From positions 300,208 to 364,207 of the forward strand of contig LBWK01000001.1 of assembly GCA_000993565.1 (NCBI GenBank): a stretch of 64,000 nucleotides of DNA. Direction: 5' to 3'. This document shows, piece by piece, positions 49,595-59,593 of the stretch. The position numbers were made by a program, and so were the translations under genes. Positions within the stretch are counted from its first letter, which is position 1. Every line of letters begins with the position of its first letter. The notes under the pieces were generated by a model. It was given only the letters and a program-made list of their open reading frames with translations, made no database searches and was not told the DNA's origin. The stretch comes from a candidate division WS6 bacterium GW2011_GWF2_39_15. GTDB lineage: Bacteria; Patescibacteriota; Dojkabacteria; SC72.

Positions 49595-50235
49595 TTCTGC
49601 TTTTTATTTTTCTTAGATTTCTTTTTGGACTTTTTCGCTTTACTGTTTACGGGGAGTGGTCTAATTTCAGCTTTCATATTGACTCTAGCCTTGTATTCTT
49701 TCATCTGAGTAAATTTGCGGGATACAAATTCCTTGAAGGTCTCATACCTTACAACTTTCTTAACCTGAGGAATAAAAGCACTGTTTATATCTCCGCAAAA
49801 CGGGCAGTTCTCCCATCTTTTATCTATATTTACACCGCAGTTAGAGCATTTAACTTTGACCTCGGTTTTACAATATGGACAGTATACAAATCCCGGTTGA
49901 AGCATATTTCCGCATTTCATACAATCAGTAAGCTCAGCAGTCTCATACATTAGATATCGTCTTTCAAGATCTGACCAATACTGTTCCTGAAGCGTCATTT
50001 TAGGTCTGAGGATCAAGTATATGAGAAGCCCAGGGATATTAAAGATCAGTACACAAAGAGTTGCGAGAATTCTAAGATAAATCTTATCACTTCGCTCGCC
50101 TGAGTCTATCCAAACCCATGCCACTACGACAATCCAAAAAGCAAGAAAAACAAAAGATGAGTACTTAATGACAACATCGAAGTCCACTTTACTCAAGCCA
50201 TCAATGAAGTCGAGGACGGATTTTTCTAGATTCAT
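49591..50235 (-). CDS. Zinc-ribbon domain membrane protein with a Lys-rich C-terminus.
   Basis: CMKCGN...CPYC...CSNCG...CPFCGD gives two CxxC pairs twice. An N-terminal TM pair and a terminal KKSKKKSKKNKKQK tail are present. Confidence 0.5.
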   Translation of the reverse strand: MNLEKSVLDFIDGLSKVDFDVVIKYSSFVFLAFWIVVVAWVWIDSGERSDKIYLRILATLCVLIFNIPGLLIYLILRPKMTLQEQYWSDLERRYLMYETAELTDCMKCGNMLQPGFVYCPYCKTEVKVKCSNCGVNIDKRWENCPFCGDINSAFIPQVKKVVRYETFKEFVSRKFTQMKEYKARVNMKAEIRPLPVNSKAKKSKKKSKKNKKQK

Positions 50236-50264
50236 AAGGAGTGTAGCTAAAAATAATATACCTA

Positions 50265-50348
50265 TGGTCGAGGAGGGAGTTGAACCCTCACGCTATTGCT
50301 AGCATGGGATTTTGAGTCCCACGTGTCTGCCAGTTCCACCACTCGACC
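50265..50348 (-). tRNA. tRNA-Leu (anticodon CAA), type II with a long variable arm. No CCA is encoded.
   Basis: Reverse complement: GGTCGAG-TG-GTGGAACTGGCAGAC-ACGTGGGA-CTCAAAA-TCCCATG-CTAGCAATAGCG-TGAGGGTTCAACTCCCTC-CTCGACC-A. The 7-bp acceptor stem pairs perfectly, the anticodon loop is CU-CAA-AA and the T-loop is GGTTCAACTCC. Confidence 0.8.
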
Positions 50349-50375
50349 ACTATGCGAATTATACTATTTACTCGC

Positions 50376-51710
50376 CTATTTGTCCTTCTTTTCACCCCTA
50401 TCTTTATATAGGTTTTTGAAACTGGCTATATTTTTAACAAATGCCAATTCTACATCACCCGTTGGTCCGTTTCTATGCTTCGCAACTATAACGTCTGCAA
50501 TCCCTTTCTTCTCCGAGTCCGGATTATACGTCTCTTCTCTGTCTATAAAGATGACAAGGTCAGCGTCTTGTTCTATACTTCCGCTTTCACGAAGGTCTGA
50601 TAGCTGCGGCCTTCTTGAGGTACGTGACTCAACTGCACGAGAAAGCTGCGACAAGGCTATAACAGGAACATCCAACTCACGAGCCATATTTTTAAGCCCC
50701 TGTGAAATCTCCCCAACTTCCTGAGTTCTTCCCTCTCTGCTGCTTCCGTGTACTAACTGCAAGTAGTCAACAATGATAATATCTATACCTCTTTCAAGAG
50801 CGACACGTCTTGCCTTCGTTCTTAGCTCATTTATGTGCTGGCCTGGAGTATCATCAATAAGTATCTGGGTTTCAGCAAGTTCACCCATTGCAATTGCTAA
50901 CCTTTCAAACATCTCATCATTTAGCTTCCCTGTTCTGGTATCCCAGAACGATACTTCCGCCTGCATACCCAGTAGCCTATCAAGTATCTGTGTATTGGAC
51001 ATTTCGAGAGAGAATATCAGGACTTTTTTCTTTTGGGTCACCCCTGCGTTCCGAGCCATATCCAAAGCAAAAGCAGTTTTACCTACAGATGGTCTTGCTG
51101 CAAGTATAATCAAATCAGATTTCTGAAATCCTCCTATTACATTATCCATATCACGAAATCCTGAGGAAATTCCAAGATATGTCTCTTCTCGCTCCGCCCT
51201 TTCGGCTCTCTCATAAGCATCTTTAAGAAGATCCTTGATATGAACAAAGTTCGTCTTAACACCTGTTTGAGCAACATCAAACAGAAGTTTCTCTGATTGA
51301 TCAACGACATCCTTCAGAGGCATACTCTCATCAAAACTAAGTTCGGTAATTTCAGAGGCAGAAGATATTAGCCCTCTTCGAACAGCATTTTCTTTGACAA
51401 TTTCTCCATACTCTTCGGCATGCGCGGAGGTTGGAACCAAATTAGCAAGATCTGTAAGGTATGCACGTCCTCCTATCTTAGATAACTGTTTTTTTCCTTT
51501 AAGCTTATTTGAAAGAGTCACAATATCTATTGGTTCCCCCTCTTCAAAAAGCTCTAGGATATTACTATATATAATTGAGTGCCTTTCCTCATAAAAGTGC
51601 TCTGCAAGAAGCCAGCCCGCTACATTTATAACCGCTTCCTTATCAAGAAGCATCGCACCTAAAACCGACTGCTCGGCTTCTGCATTTTGCGGTGGTAGTT
51701 TATATGCCAT
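50376..51710 (-). CDS. dnaB: Replicative DNA helicase DnaB.
   Basis: N-terminal LPPQNAEAEQSVLGAMLLD. Walker A ARPSVGKTAF, then FSLEMS and IIVDYLQL. Confidence 0.95.
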   Translation of the reverse strand: MAYKLPPQNAEAEQSVLGAMLLDKEAVINVAGWLLAEHFYEERHSIIYSNILELFEEGEPIDIVTLSNKLKGKKQLSKIGGRAYLTDLANLVPTSAHAEEYGEIVKENAVRRGLISSASEITELSFDESMPLKDVVDQSEKLLFDVAQTGVKTNFVHIKDLLKDAYERAERAEREETYLGISSGFRDMDNVIGGFQKSDLIILAARPSVGKTAFALDMARNAGVTQKKKVLIFSLEMSNTQILDRLLGMQAEVSFWDTRTGKLNDEMFERLAIAMGELAETQILIDDTPGQHINELRTKARRVALERGIDIIIVDYLQLVHGSSREGRTQEVGEISQGLKNMARELDVPVIALSQLSRAVESRTSRRPQLSDLRESGSIEQDADLVIFIDREETYNPDSEKKGIADVIVAKHRNGPTGDVELAFVKNIASFKNLYKDRGEKKDK

Positions 51711-51719
51711 ATTAATCGA

Positions 51720-52313
51720 TTAGCTTAAAAATACGATCTGCATAGTTCTTTCCTCTGACTCCGGCCTGCTCTCTACTTTAAGAGTCTTCTCTTCCGTGAA
51801 AGTTGAAAATCCGAAGTACTTCAAAAAGTCTTCTTTGGTTTTTCCACCCTCTTCTTTAGTCCCATACGGAACTAGTATCGCAGGTTCAACATTGGAAATT
51901 ATATCCTGAAGGGCTTCATATGCGGGAAAATCCTCTCCATCAGTATATGGGAGAAGAAGCACATCTACATCTCCTAAATCTTTAAGCAGTTTCATATCAA
52001 TATCTTTACTATCTGTTCCGATAAGTACAACCCTGATAAGTTCGTAATCAAGAATGTAGTGATGGGTTCCAAGAGGTCTTTGAATCATGAGACCTGAGAT
52101 CTCATACTCACCTGCACTATTTATCTCGAAAACATCTTTTCTGCTCACCGGTTTAACATCAGAGGCTTTACTACCGGCAGTATTAATTATGACATCTGCT
52201 TCCGAAGGAATCCCCTTTATCCCCTTCTCTTTAGCGAGAACCGGATCGGTAAGGACGGTGAGGTTATCTACTGAGATTGTAAATGATGTATAACCGTTGT
52301 ACTTAATCTTCAT
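51720..52313 (-). CDS. MBL-fold-like hydrolase, degenerate (UPF0173-like).
   Basis: MKIKYNGYTSFTI...LTDPVL resembles the UPF0173 N-terminus, but no HxHxDH motif is seen. Confidence 0.35.
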   Translation of the reverse strand: MKIKYNGYTSFTISVDNLTVLTDPVLAKEKGIKGIPSEADVIINTAGSKASDVKPVSRKDVFEINSAGEYEISGLMIQRPLGTHHYILDYELIRVVLIGTDSKDIDMKLLKDLGDVDVLLLPYTDGEDFPAYEALQDIISNVEPAILVPYGTKEEGGKTKEDFLKYFGFSTFTEEKTLKVESRPESEERTMQIVFLS

Positions 52314-52364
52314 AGTGTTCCGACATAATTAAAATAGCTGTGTCAGACTAAGTATACCAGAGAG

Positions 52365-52754
52365 TTACTCAATTCTCACTAGGTTTGCAATAATTATTAA
52401 TCTATTCCGAAGTGTTAAGAGTGGCGTACATGTGTAAAGCGTCAGGGTTTCGTTACCCTCCAATCTTTTTTCATATTTGATCTCTTTCTTCTCTACAATC
52501 TCTTTACTATTTACCGTATAAATATACCGATTTCTCCTATACTCCAGATACACAATATCTCCCTTTTCAACCCTATTTAAATAGAAAAAGGGAGGGGGCA
52601 ATATGCTTGCGTATGATATTCTGTGCCCTGCAATAACGACGTTTCCACCGTCACCGGGGAATGGAGTATAAGGAAGGTGCCAGAGATCTAGAGAAAGCTC
52701 CTTTCCGGTATCGACATACTCATTTACCCCTATTACAGGAATGATCAATTTCAA
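52365..52754 (-). CDS. Sortase-like protein, possibly N-terminally longer.
   Basis: Conserved His (NVVIAGHRISY), Cys (TLYTCTP) and Arg are present. The in-frame upstream extension encodes a TM segment (YFCLVFFLFLVIFLCV) with no canonical start codon. The ORF as tracked begins at TTG. Confidence 0.5.
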   Translation of the reverse strand: MKLIIPVIGVNEYVDTGKELSLDLWHLPYTPFPGDGGNVVIAGHRISYASILPPPFFYLNRVEKGDIVYLEYRRNRYIYTVNSKEIVEKKEIKYEKRLEGNETLTLYTCTPLLTLRNRLIIIANLVRIE

Positions 52755-52894
52755 GTCATATGAAAACGTATGAACCCTTGGTAACTCAGGATGAGAGTCG
52801 ACCTCTTTACGAATTGGGGTAACACAAAGGAATATAACGAGAAAGAGAAAAAATACTAAGCAAAAATATCTTACTATTTTACCGGAAGATTAAA

Positions 52895-53137
52895 CTATTT
52901 TAGCATTGCCACAACTCCATCGAGTTGTGCGAGAAGAGATTTCTTCATCTCTCCTTTTACTAATTCAAGTTTAGCACTTTGAAGTGAACTAATTATTGCC
53001 TCCATCTGACCAAGTATTTTTTGAGTATCTTCTTTCATTAATATCAATTTTTCGACTCCCCTTAGTTGACCCTCTATCCTATGTAGCCTATCTTGAATGG
53101 TCGACGGACCTTTTTTCGCCATAATTAACCTTTTCAT
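52895..53137 (-). CDS. CsoR/RcnR/FrmR-family (DUF156) transcriptional repressor lacking the canonical Cys ligands.
   Basis: 80 aa. RLHRIEGQLRGVEKLI matches the family signature RL.RIEGQ.RG. No Cys is present in the protein. Confidence 0.65.
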   Translation of the reverse strand: MKRLIMAKKGPSTIQDRLHRIEGQLRGVEKLILMKEDTQKILGQMEAIISSLQSAKLELVKGEMKKSLLAQLDGVVAMLK

Positions 53138-53159
53138 AAATTAGCTGTGATAATATTAC

Positions 53160-53175
53160 ATACCCGAGTGGGTAT
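53160..53175. promoter_or_regulatory. Candidate operator: ATACCC-N4-GGGTAT inverted repeat 23 nt upstream of the repressor start.
   Basis: atacccgagtgggtat resembles the GC-core pseudo-palindromes bound by CsoR-family repressors (TACCC..GGGTA). Confidence 0.45.
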
Positions 53176-53210
53176 ATGTCAACAGAGAATTGCCTCTCGA
53201 AATTATAGGC

Positions 53211-53234
53211 CCGAAATGAAATATTTCATTTCGG
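53211..53234. promoter_or_regulatory. Perfect 24-nt palindrome in a divergent intergenic region.
   Basis: CCGAAATGAAAT|ATTTCATTTCGG. Confidence 0.45.
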
Positions 53235-53495
53235 ATTTAACCTTTTAAGAATATGTATTTAAGTTTAGACTATATTCCGGCTCTACCGCTCCTACCCTAT
53301 TCTCTATCTTATATAGCCAAGCCTTTGATCCACATATTTCAGGATTAATTTGCTGCTAATTTAGACCGGATCGTATTATACAGCCGATAGTTATACCCCA
53401 TGTCGGTATATTCAGATGACCGCGAAAATAACTATATTGATTAAGTTGAAATTTAAAATTATATTGCATAGGTAAATTTAACAATTAAATAAACT

Positions 53496-53903
53496 ATGCC
53501 ACCAAGAGATTCAGTATTTTCTGAGGTTATGGGAATCTGCAGAGGCTCTGTTCAGGATTTTGTACTAACACCTGATAGTCCAGCAGAGTTTGCTCAAAAA
53601 GCAACTGATATACTCTCGCGCCCTGGAGTGCTCCCGCTCCTACCCGAAGTATGCGTAATTGATTGTAAGTTTACACTAGACCCTTTTCGGGAAGGTAATC
53701 CAAACAAGATAGCAGTACGATACACCCTTAATACTGGAGATCCTGATGCAGAGAGAGCTATTGGATCAATAGTAGTAGGTATTGCCTCCAAACAGGGAGC
53801 ACAAATATTAAACCACGGGAGAATAATCAGAAACCCAGAGGGGTCAAGGATAGGGAGAGAAGACCTAATTGTACAGGTAACATCAAATGAGCATCTTTTT
53901 TAA
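53496..53903 (+). CDS. Hypothetical protein.
   Basis: 135-aa ORF. Confidence 0.4.
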   Translation: MPPRDSVFSEVMGICRGSVQDFVLTPDSPAEFAQKATDILSRPGVLPLLPEVCVIDCKFTLDPFREGNPNKIAVRYTLNTGDPDAERAIGSIVVGIASKQGAQILNHGRIIRNPEGSRIGREDLIVQVTSNEHLF

Positions 53904-53973
53904 CAGAGCATCTATTCACATTAGATATACGCTTCTGTATAATGGATTAGTAATTTAAGCTTATCCTCTAAAT

Positions 53974-54459
53974 ATGCCGAGTAATCAACAGGATTTCGGT
54001 AATTCTTCCACTCCGCGAGAGTCCTTAGAACATAAGGCTATCTCCCCAGAAGATGAACCCCACATAACGAGAACAACCGTTCCCTTTGATGGAACCATTC
54101 ACAATCTTGGAGATAATATCGTAGAGCCAGACGAATTTCATTTCGAGAAACTTCTCACATCACAACAATTAGCAGAGTGTATAGCCAGAAGGGTAAAGAC
54201 CGAATCGATTCATCTTGGTGCTGCGGCAGTATTTGCGAGTCTTGGTGGAGTAGCCTTTGGCAAAATCGTTGATAAAATTTTCGAGACTTATATGCAAACC
54301 TCTCATCTGACCTTTAGTTCAATTTTGACTCCTGAAAATGCCGTTGCAGGTGTTCTTGCTTTAAGTGCAATAGCCCTTTCATCTGTTGCCGTAAGAGAAT
54401 ATGGCAGTGAATTCAGGGATAGTGTGTTGGAGCAGGAAGAAATAAAGGGAGAAGCTTAA
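53974..54459 (+). CDS. Hypothetical protein with a C-terminal hydrophobic segment.
   Basis: 161-aa ORF containing AAAVFASLGGVAFGKIV. Confidence 0.4.
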   Translation: MPSNQQDFGNSSTPRESLEHKAISPEDEPHITRTTVPFDGTIHNLGDNIVEPDEFHFEKLLTSQQLAECIARRVKTESIHLGAAAVFASLGGVAFGKIVDKIFETYMQTSHLTFSSILTPENAVAGVLALSAIALSSVAVREYGSEFRDSVLEQEEIKGEA

Positions 54460-54476
54460 ATTAATGATAAAGAAAC

Positions 54477-54788
54477 ATGCCTAACTATTTTGATACTCAA
54501 ACAGGACTAATAATTCACCCAAAAGTACTAGAGTTTTTGAACAAAGTTAAAGTTGAGACCACACAGCAGAAAAAAGAGTCCCATACCATGATAACAGCCT
54601 ACATAATAAGTAAGCTGGGAGAGGAGCTTAAAAAGACATCCCTATTCACAAACTTTGATACAAATAACCCTGATAATACCAAACACTTAATAGCTTCCAT
54701 AAAAGGGAATGCAGAAGTCGAGCAGATTATTACAAACTTCTTTGAAACCAAGCTTGATACAGTCCTTAATGAACTTTTAGAGGGATAG
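54477..54788 (+). CDS. Hypothetical protein.
   Basis: 103-aa ORF. Confidence 0.4.
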   Translation: MPNYFDTQTGLIIHPKVLEFLNKVKVETTQQKKESHTMITAYIISKLGEELKKTSLFTNFDTNNPDNTKHLIASIKGNAEVEQIITNFFETKLDTVLNELLEG

Positions 54789-54854
54789 CTTGAAGCCAAT
54801 AGCTACCAAATAATATTGGACACATTTTAACTCTTTTGTTATAATCCCCTTGCA

Positions 54855-55178
54855 ATGAAAAAGAATATACATCCAAAATATAATCACAATGTCAAAGTTA
54901 CCTGCTCATGCGGTAATCAATTTATCACAGGATCCATCCTTGACGAGATAACAACAGAGCTTTGTTCGAATTGTCACCCATTCTATACAGGAGAGCAAAA
55001 GATTGTAGACACTGCAAACTTAGTATCTAAGTATGAGGAAAGACAGAAGAAATCTCAGGCCATGTCTTTTAAGAGCAAGAAGGAGAAGATGGAAGCAAGA
55101 AAAATGAAGGCTAAAAAGGATGAGTCTAAAACAGGCACCCTCACACTTAAAGATATGCTTGCAAGTATATCTAAGTAG
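54855..55178 (+). CDS. rpmE: 50S ribosomal protein L31 with a Lys-rich C-terminal extension.
   Basis: MKKNIHPKYN...CSCGN...CSNCHPFYTG is the L31 zinc-ribbon signature. Confidence 0.9.
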   Translation: MKKNIHPKYNHNVKVTCSCGNQFITGSILDEITTELCSNCHPFYTGEQKIVDTANLVSKYEERQKKSQAMSFKSKKEKMEARKMKAKKDESKTGTLTLKDMLASISK

Positions 55179-55205
55179 CTAATTCCCAACCAATTCATAG
55201 CTAAT

Positions 55206-56315
55206 ATGGATATAACAACGATAGAGAAAGAGCTGGATTTAAATGGTATTAGAAATAGAAAGGAAGAGCTTGAAAAGTCTATGTCTAATCTCACCTCTCT
55301 TCCAAATGGAACTATTTCACAGATAGCCGCAGAGCTCACCTACTACTCTCAACTCTATACCCAAACCCTTTCACTTTCAAAAAAGATTGAATCGTATAAA
55401 GAGGCCGTGGAGATTATTAAACAGGGAGAGAGCAACGAGCTCTATGAACTTGCCTTAAATGACAAAAGTACCTTAGAACCTCAGATTGAGGAGGAATATA
55501 ACAATAGACTGGCTTTGGAGATTGAACACGAATTAGGAGATCCCGACGATAATAGATCCGTTCTTCTTGAAATACGTGCGGGAGCCGGAGGGGAAGAGGC
55601 TGCTCTTTTTGCGGGAGATCTTTTTAAGATGTACTCTCAATATGGAAAAAATAAAGGCTGGGCTATAGAAATTGTTGATAGCAGTATCAGTGAAAACGGG
55701 GGCTTCAAGGAGGTTATAGCACACATCAAGGGATCGAATGCGTATAAAGCCCTTAAGTATGAGAGCGGGGTACACAGAGTGCAGAGAGTTCCTATCACTG
55801 AAGCCTCAGGCCGTATTCATACATCTACAGCCTCAGTTGCAATAATGCCCGAAGCAAAAGAAATTGATATACAGATCGACCCACAGGATCTTAGAATTGA
55901 TGTAATGCGGGCAACAGGAGCAGGCGGACAAAATGTAAATAGAACTGACTCTGCTGTCCGTATAACTCACATACCTTCAGGTATAGTCGTAAGCTGCCAG
56001 GAGACTAAACATCAGGATCAGAATAAAGAGAAAGCAATGGCTCTGTTACGATCCCGCTTGTATGACAAAAAGAAGCAAGAAGAAGATGAGAAGCGCTCTC
56101 AATTAAGATCTTCTCAGATCGGCAGCTCAATGAGAGCAGAGAAGATAAGAACATACAATTTTCCGCAGACTAGAATTACCGACCATAGGATCAAGAAATC
56201 ATGGTTTAATGTTGATGCCGTTTTAGCTGGTGACATTGACGAAATGTTATCTGATATTACCAAAGAGCTTCAAAAGTTGGAGCTGGAAAAGAGACTCGAA
56301 GAGAAAAATGTTTAA
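55206..56315 (+). CDS. prfA: Peptide chain release factor 1.
   Basis: GGQ motif [13 protein letters not shown]1-type tripeptide region [13 protein letters not shown] and DxRI..HR motifs. Confidence 0.95.
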   Translation: MDITTIEKELDLNGIRNRKEELEKSMSNLTSLPNGTISQIAAELTYYSQLYTQTLSLSKKIESYKEAVEIIKQGESNELYELALNDKSTLEPQIEEEYNNRLALEIEHELGDPDDNRSVLLEIRAGAGGEEAALFAGDLFKMYSQYGKNKGWAIEIVDSSISENGGFKEVIAHIKGSNAYKALKYESGVHRVQRVPITEASGRIHTSTASVAIMPEAKEIDIQIDPQDLRIDVMRATGAGGQNVNRTDSAVRITHIPSGIVVSCQETKHQDQNKEKAMALLRSRLYDKKKQEEDEKRSQLRSSQIGSSMRAEKIRTYNFPQTRITDHRIKKSWFNVDAVLAGDIDEMLSDITKELQKLELEKRLEEKNV

Positions 56316-57120
56316 TACGCAGCTCCAAATACTAAAAACCCTCCAGAATGATCTCGAAAATATTGGATATCCGGACTCATACCGTATTGCAAGGGAGATT
56401 TATCAATATTCGGAAGGTGATCCTCAAGTAATTGTTGAGACTATAGCAAGGCTTAGACAAAATACTCCTTGGGAGTATGTGAAAGAATCGAGTGAGTTCA
56501 AAGGCTACGATTTCATAGTAAACCCAAGCGTTTTGATTCCGCGGATCGAAACAGAACAGCTAGTAGATATTGCAGCAAAAATACTTAGAGAAGACACGAA
56601 AATTAACCATATTGTGGATGTGGGGACCGGAAGTGGAGCAATCATATGCAGCTTATTTAAAGAACTTAACAATAAGGCTCTTAAATATACTGCATCAGAT
56701 ATAAGTACAGACGCTTTGAAAACAGCAAAGAAAAATGCCGCCAAACTAGATATAAAGGAGATTAATTTTATAGAAACAAACTTAGCCAAAGATATTAATA
56801 TTGATCAGCATACCTTGGTCATAGCAAACCTACCTTATATACCTACCGATACTTACATGAAGCTAGATCCATCTGTAAAGGATTTTGAGCCTAGAATTGC
56901 ACTGGATGGAGGGAGAAAGGGAGTAGACCAGATTCAAGAACTCTTCAAACAGTTACTGCTATCCCCTGCCCTACCTAAATATATCCTTCTGGAAATAGAC
57001 GCGGAAATTCTTCCTGATGTTAAATTGACAATTAAAAGCAAAACAACCAAGTACAGTATGGAAACTGTAGAAGATTATCGAAAGCAGATCAGGTTTGTTA
57101 TTTGTTCCCTCACTGCCTAA
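56308..57120 (+). CDS. prmC: Release factor glutamine N5-methyltransferase PrmC/HemK.
   Basis: SAM-binding [10 protein letters not shown] and NPPY-type VIANLPYIP. The start is taken at the ATG at 56308 (MFNTQLQ), which overlaps the prfA stop. The track ORF begins at 56230. Confidence 0.85.
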   Translation: MFNTQLQILKTLQNDLENIGYPDSYRIAREIYQYSEGDPQVIVETIARLRQNTPWEYVKESSEFKGYDFIVNPSVLIPRIETEQLVDIAAKILREDTKINHIVDVGTGSGAIICSLFKELNNKALKYTASDISTDALKTAKKNAAKLDIKEINFIETNLAKDINIDQHTLVIANLPYIPTDTYMKLDPSVKDFEPRIALDGGRKGVDQIQELFKQLLLSPALPKYILLEIDAEILPDVKLTIKSKTTKYSMETVEDYRKQIRFVICSLTA

Positions 57121-58280
57121 CTCGCCTCTTCAAGCTTCAGCTTTACTTCAACTGTTTTCCCGTCTCTCCAAAGCTTTAAAGTGAGCTCCTCGCCCACCTT
57201 ATAACCTTGAACAACCGTGGCGAGTGATTTACTCATCTTCTCACCATTAATTTCAGTAATAATATCACCCTTCTTTAAACCTGCTTTTGACGCTGGGCTA
57301 TCAGATACCACTCTGACAACCAAAGCACCTGCCACAACATTTCGATAGTACAAAGCAGCCTCTTCTGAGATCATCTGATATTCAACTCCAATATACGGCC
57401 TTATGAATTTACCATACTTCCTGTATTCTTCCAGCCTTGATTTGACTACATTAATCGGCAGTGCAAATGATATGTTATCTGCCCCCGCAGTTGTTGCAAA
57501 GTTAACACCTATAACCTCACCTGAACTATTAATCAAAGGCCCTCCTGAGTTTCCAGGATTAATGGCGGCATCAGTTTGAATAACGTCATAGTATTCCTTC
57601 GTGGTCGTACCAAAGAAATCAGCTTTAGTACTGACAGATCTGTTAAGTCCACTGATTACACCCGTTGTTACGCTACCGGCATAGTCACCAAGTGGAGTAC
57701 CAATTGCAATTACCAGCTGCCCTACCTGAAGATTATCCGAGTTCCCTAATTTGATAGCCGACAGCTTATTTCCTTTGATCTTTAGAATTGCGATATCATT
57801 AACATTATCAACAAGTATCTCATCGACTTTGAATTCTTTTCCCTCCGAAGTAATGACCTTATACTCTTCTGTAGAATCTGAGACTACATGCTGATTAGTG
57901 ACAATAATACCGCTGTTATCTACGATAAAGCCTGTCCCAATGTTGCTGCTTGTATCAACAATCCCCTGCCCCGGCTGAAAATCCATCTGACTAACAGCAA
58001 TACTAACAACAGATGGCTGAGTCTTCTTAACTACATCTATAACCACATTCTCCTCGCTTGTAACAACCGTTTTCAAATTCTCCGTCACCTTTCCTTCTTT
58101 CAAGCCCTCTATCCAATCTGAAACCTTAGGCCTGAGAAGATAGAACGCAATCAGGCACAGGGAAAACACTGTAATAACTAGAACAAATGTAATCAACCCT
58201 TTTACAAATGAAAACCTCTTTTTATTCTTAACTTCTATTTCAGCCATAGTTAGATCTAATAATAATTTATCTAATCTCAT
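57117..58280 (-). CDS. htrA: HtrA/DegP-family serine protease with a PDZ domain.
   Basis: N-terminal TM segment, trypsin-like catalytic GNSGGPL and a C-terminal PDZ domain. Confidence 0.9.
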   Translation of the reverse strand: MRLDKLLLDLTMAEIEVKNKKRFSFVKGLITFVLVITVFSLCLIAFYLLRPKVSDWIEGLKEGKVTENLKTVVTSEENVVIDVVKKTQPSVVSIAVSQMDFQPGQGIVDTSSNIGTGFIVDNSGIIVTNQHVVSDSTEEYKVITSEGKEFKVDEILVDNVNDIAILKIKGNKLSAIKLGNSDNLQVGQLVIAIGTPLGDYAGSVTTGVISGLNRSVSTKADFFGTTTKEYYDVIQTDAAINPGNSGGPLINSSGEVIGVNFATTAGADNISFALPINVVKSRLEEYRKYGKFIRPYIGVEYQMISEEAALYYRNVVAGALVVRVVSDSPASKAGLKKGDIITEINGEKMSKSLATVVQGYKVGEELTLKLWRDGKTVEVKLKLEEAS

Positions 58281-59529
58281 CTAAAACTGTCTTCACGGCT
58301 TTCTCAAGCTGTGGATCTATACCATTCTTAAAATCCTCATCGGTTAATTCTACAACAGTATTTGGTGTAATAGGATTGTCCCTATTAAGCCATTTCCCAT
58401 CAGGCAAGAGCCACTTAAGCGTAGTCAAATGAAGGCTTGATCCATCAGTGAATGGAAGTACACTCTGAGCAGTACCTTTACCGTAAGTCTTTTCCCCAAT
58501 GACTTTGGCCCTATCATTTTTCTGCAAGGCCCCTGTTAATATCTCGGAAGCAGACGCACTTCCTGCATTAACAAGAACTGTAACAGGAACATTCAAGAGT
58601 CTGCCTTTCCTGCTTACTTTAAACTCTTTAACCTTTCCTAATCTATCTTCCTGTTTAGATATAACTGTGCCCTTTGGAAGAAAATCCTCAGCAGCATATA
58701 CAGCCGCATCAAAGTATCCTCCAGGGTTACCTCTAAGATCAAGAACGATTCCTTTTGTTTTATTTTTGACTAAACTATCCACGGCTTTATCCCAATTATC
58801 TTCCCATTCGCTAAGTGAAGAATCGGTGAAGCGGGAGATTTTCAGCACTCTTACTCTTGAATCATCACTGCTCTTAATTTCGATACTTGGGACTGTAATT
58901 TCACCTCTAATAATTTCTATCTCTTGAGCCTTCAAATCACCTTTGTGTAGAACTGTCAAAACCACTTTGCTCCCTGACTTTCCACGTATCTTCTGCACAA
59001 CATCAAATACATTCTCTGAAGGGGCAATATCCTTACCATCAATTTTCAAGATTGTATCACGAGCCTTAATGCCCGCCTTCTCGGCAGGCGATCCGCTTAT
59101 CGGCGAAATAACGATTATCTGTCCATTCTCGTAACCAAGCTCCGCTCCTATTCCTTCAAACATCTTCCCTTCATTTGACGAGTTAAAAGACTCTGTCTCT
59201 TCAGGATCCAAAAATATTGTTGCAGGATCGTCCAATGAACTCACCAAACCCTTGATACTGCCGTAAAACATCTTCTTGACATCAACGTTCTCTTCATTTA
59301 CATAGTTATCGGCAACTGTATCCCATATATTCCAAAAAAGATCGAAGTCAATTTTAGGAATATTTTTATCTTTGTCCCCGGTTATTATAACGTCATTAGA
59401 CCCGCTTCCTCCTAAACCTTTTCCATCATAAAGCCTTCCTGATACAAACCCTATAGATAAGGTACAGATAACAAGTGCAATAACCCCTATCTGCCTTACA
59501 AACCCTTTACTCTCTCTACTATTCATCAA
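58267..59529 (-). CDS. ctp: Carboxyl-terminal processing protease (S41).
   Basis: PDZ domain, LDLRGNPGG and GEKTYGKGTAQ are S41 motifs. Confidence 0.9.
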   Translation of the reverse strand: MMNSRESKGFVRQIGVIALVICTLSIGFVSGRLYDGKGLGGSGSNDVIITGDKDKNIPKIDFDLFWNIWDTVADNYVNEENVDVKKMFYGSIKGLVSSLDDPATIFLDPEETESFNSSNEGKMFEGIGAELGYENGQIIVISPISGSPAEKAGIKARDTILKIDGKDIAPSENVFDVVQKIRGKSGSKVVLTVLHKGDLKAQEIEIIRGEITVPSIEIKSSDDSRVRVLKISRFTDSSLSEWEDNWDKAVDSLVKNKTKGIVLDLRGNPGGYFDAAVYAAEDFLPKGTVISKQEDRLGKVKEFKVSRKGRLLNVPVTVLVNAGSASASEILTGALQKNDRAKVIGEKTYGKGTAQSVLPFTDGSSLHLTTLKWLLPDGKWLNRDNPITPNTVVELTDEDFKNGIDPQLEKAVKTVLDEIR

Positions 59530-59593
59530 TTTTCTGCGTAAAGTTAATTATCCATTATATTCAGTCCAGTGAATATGTACAACCCACCTGTAA

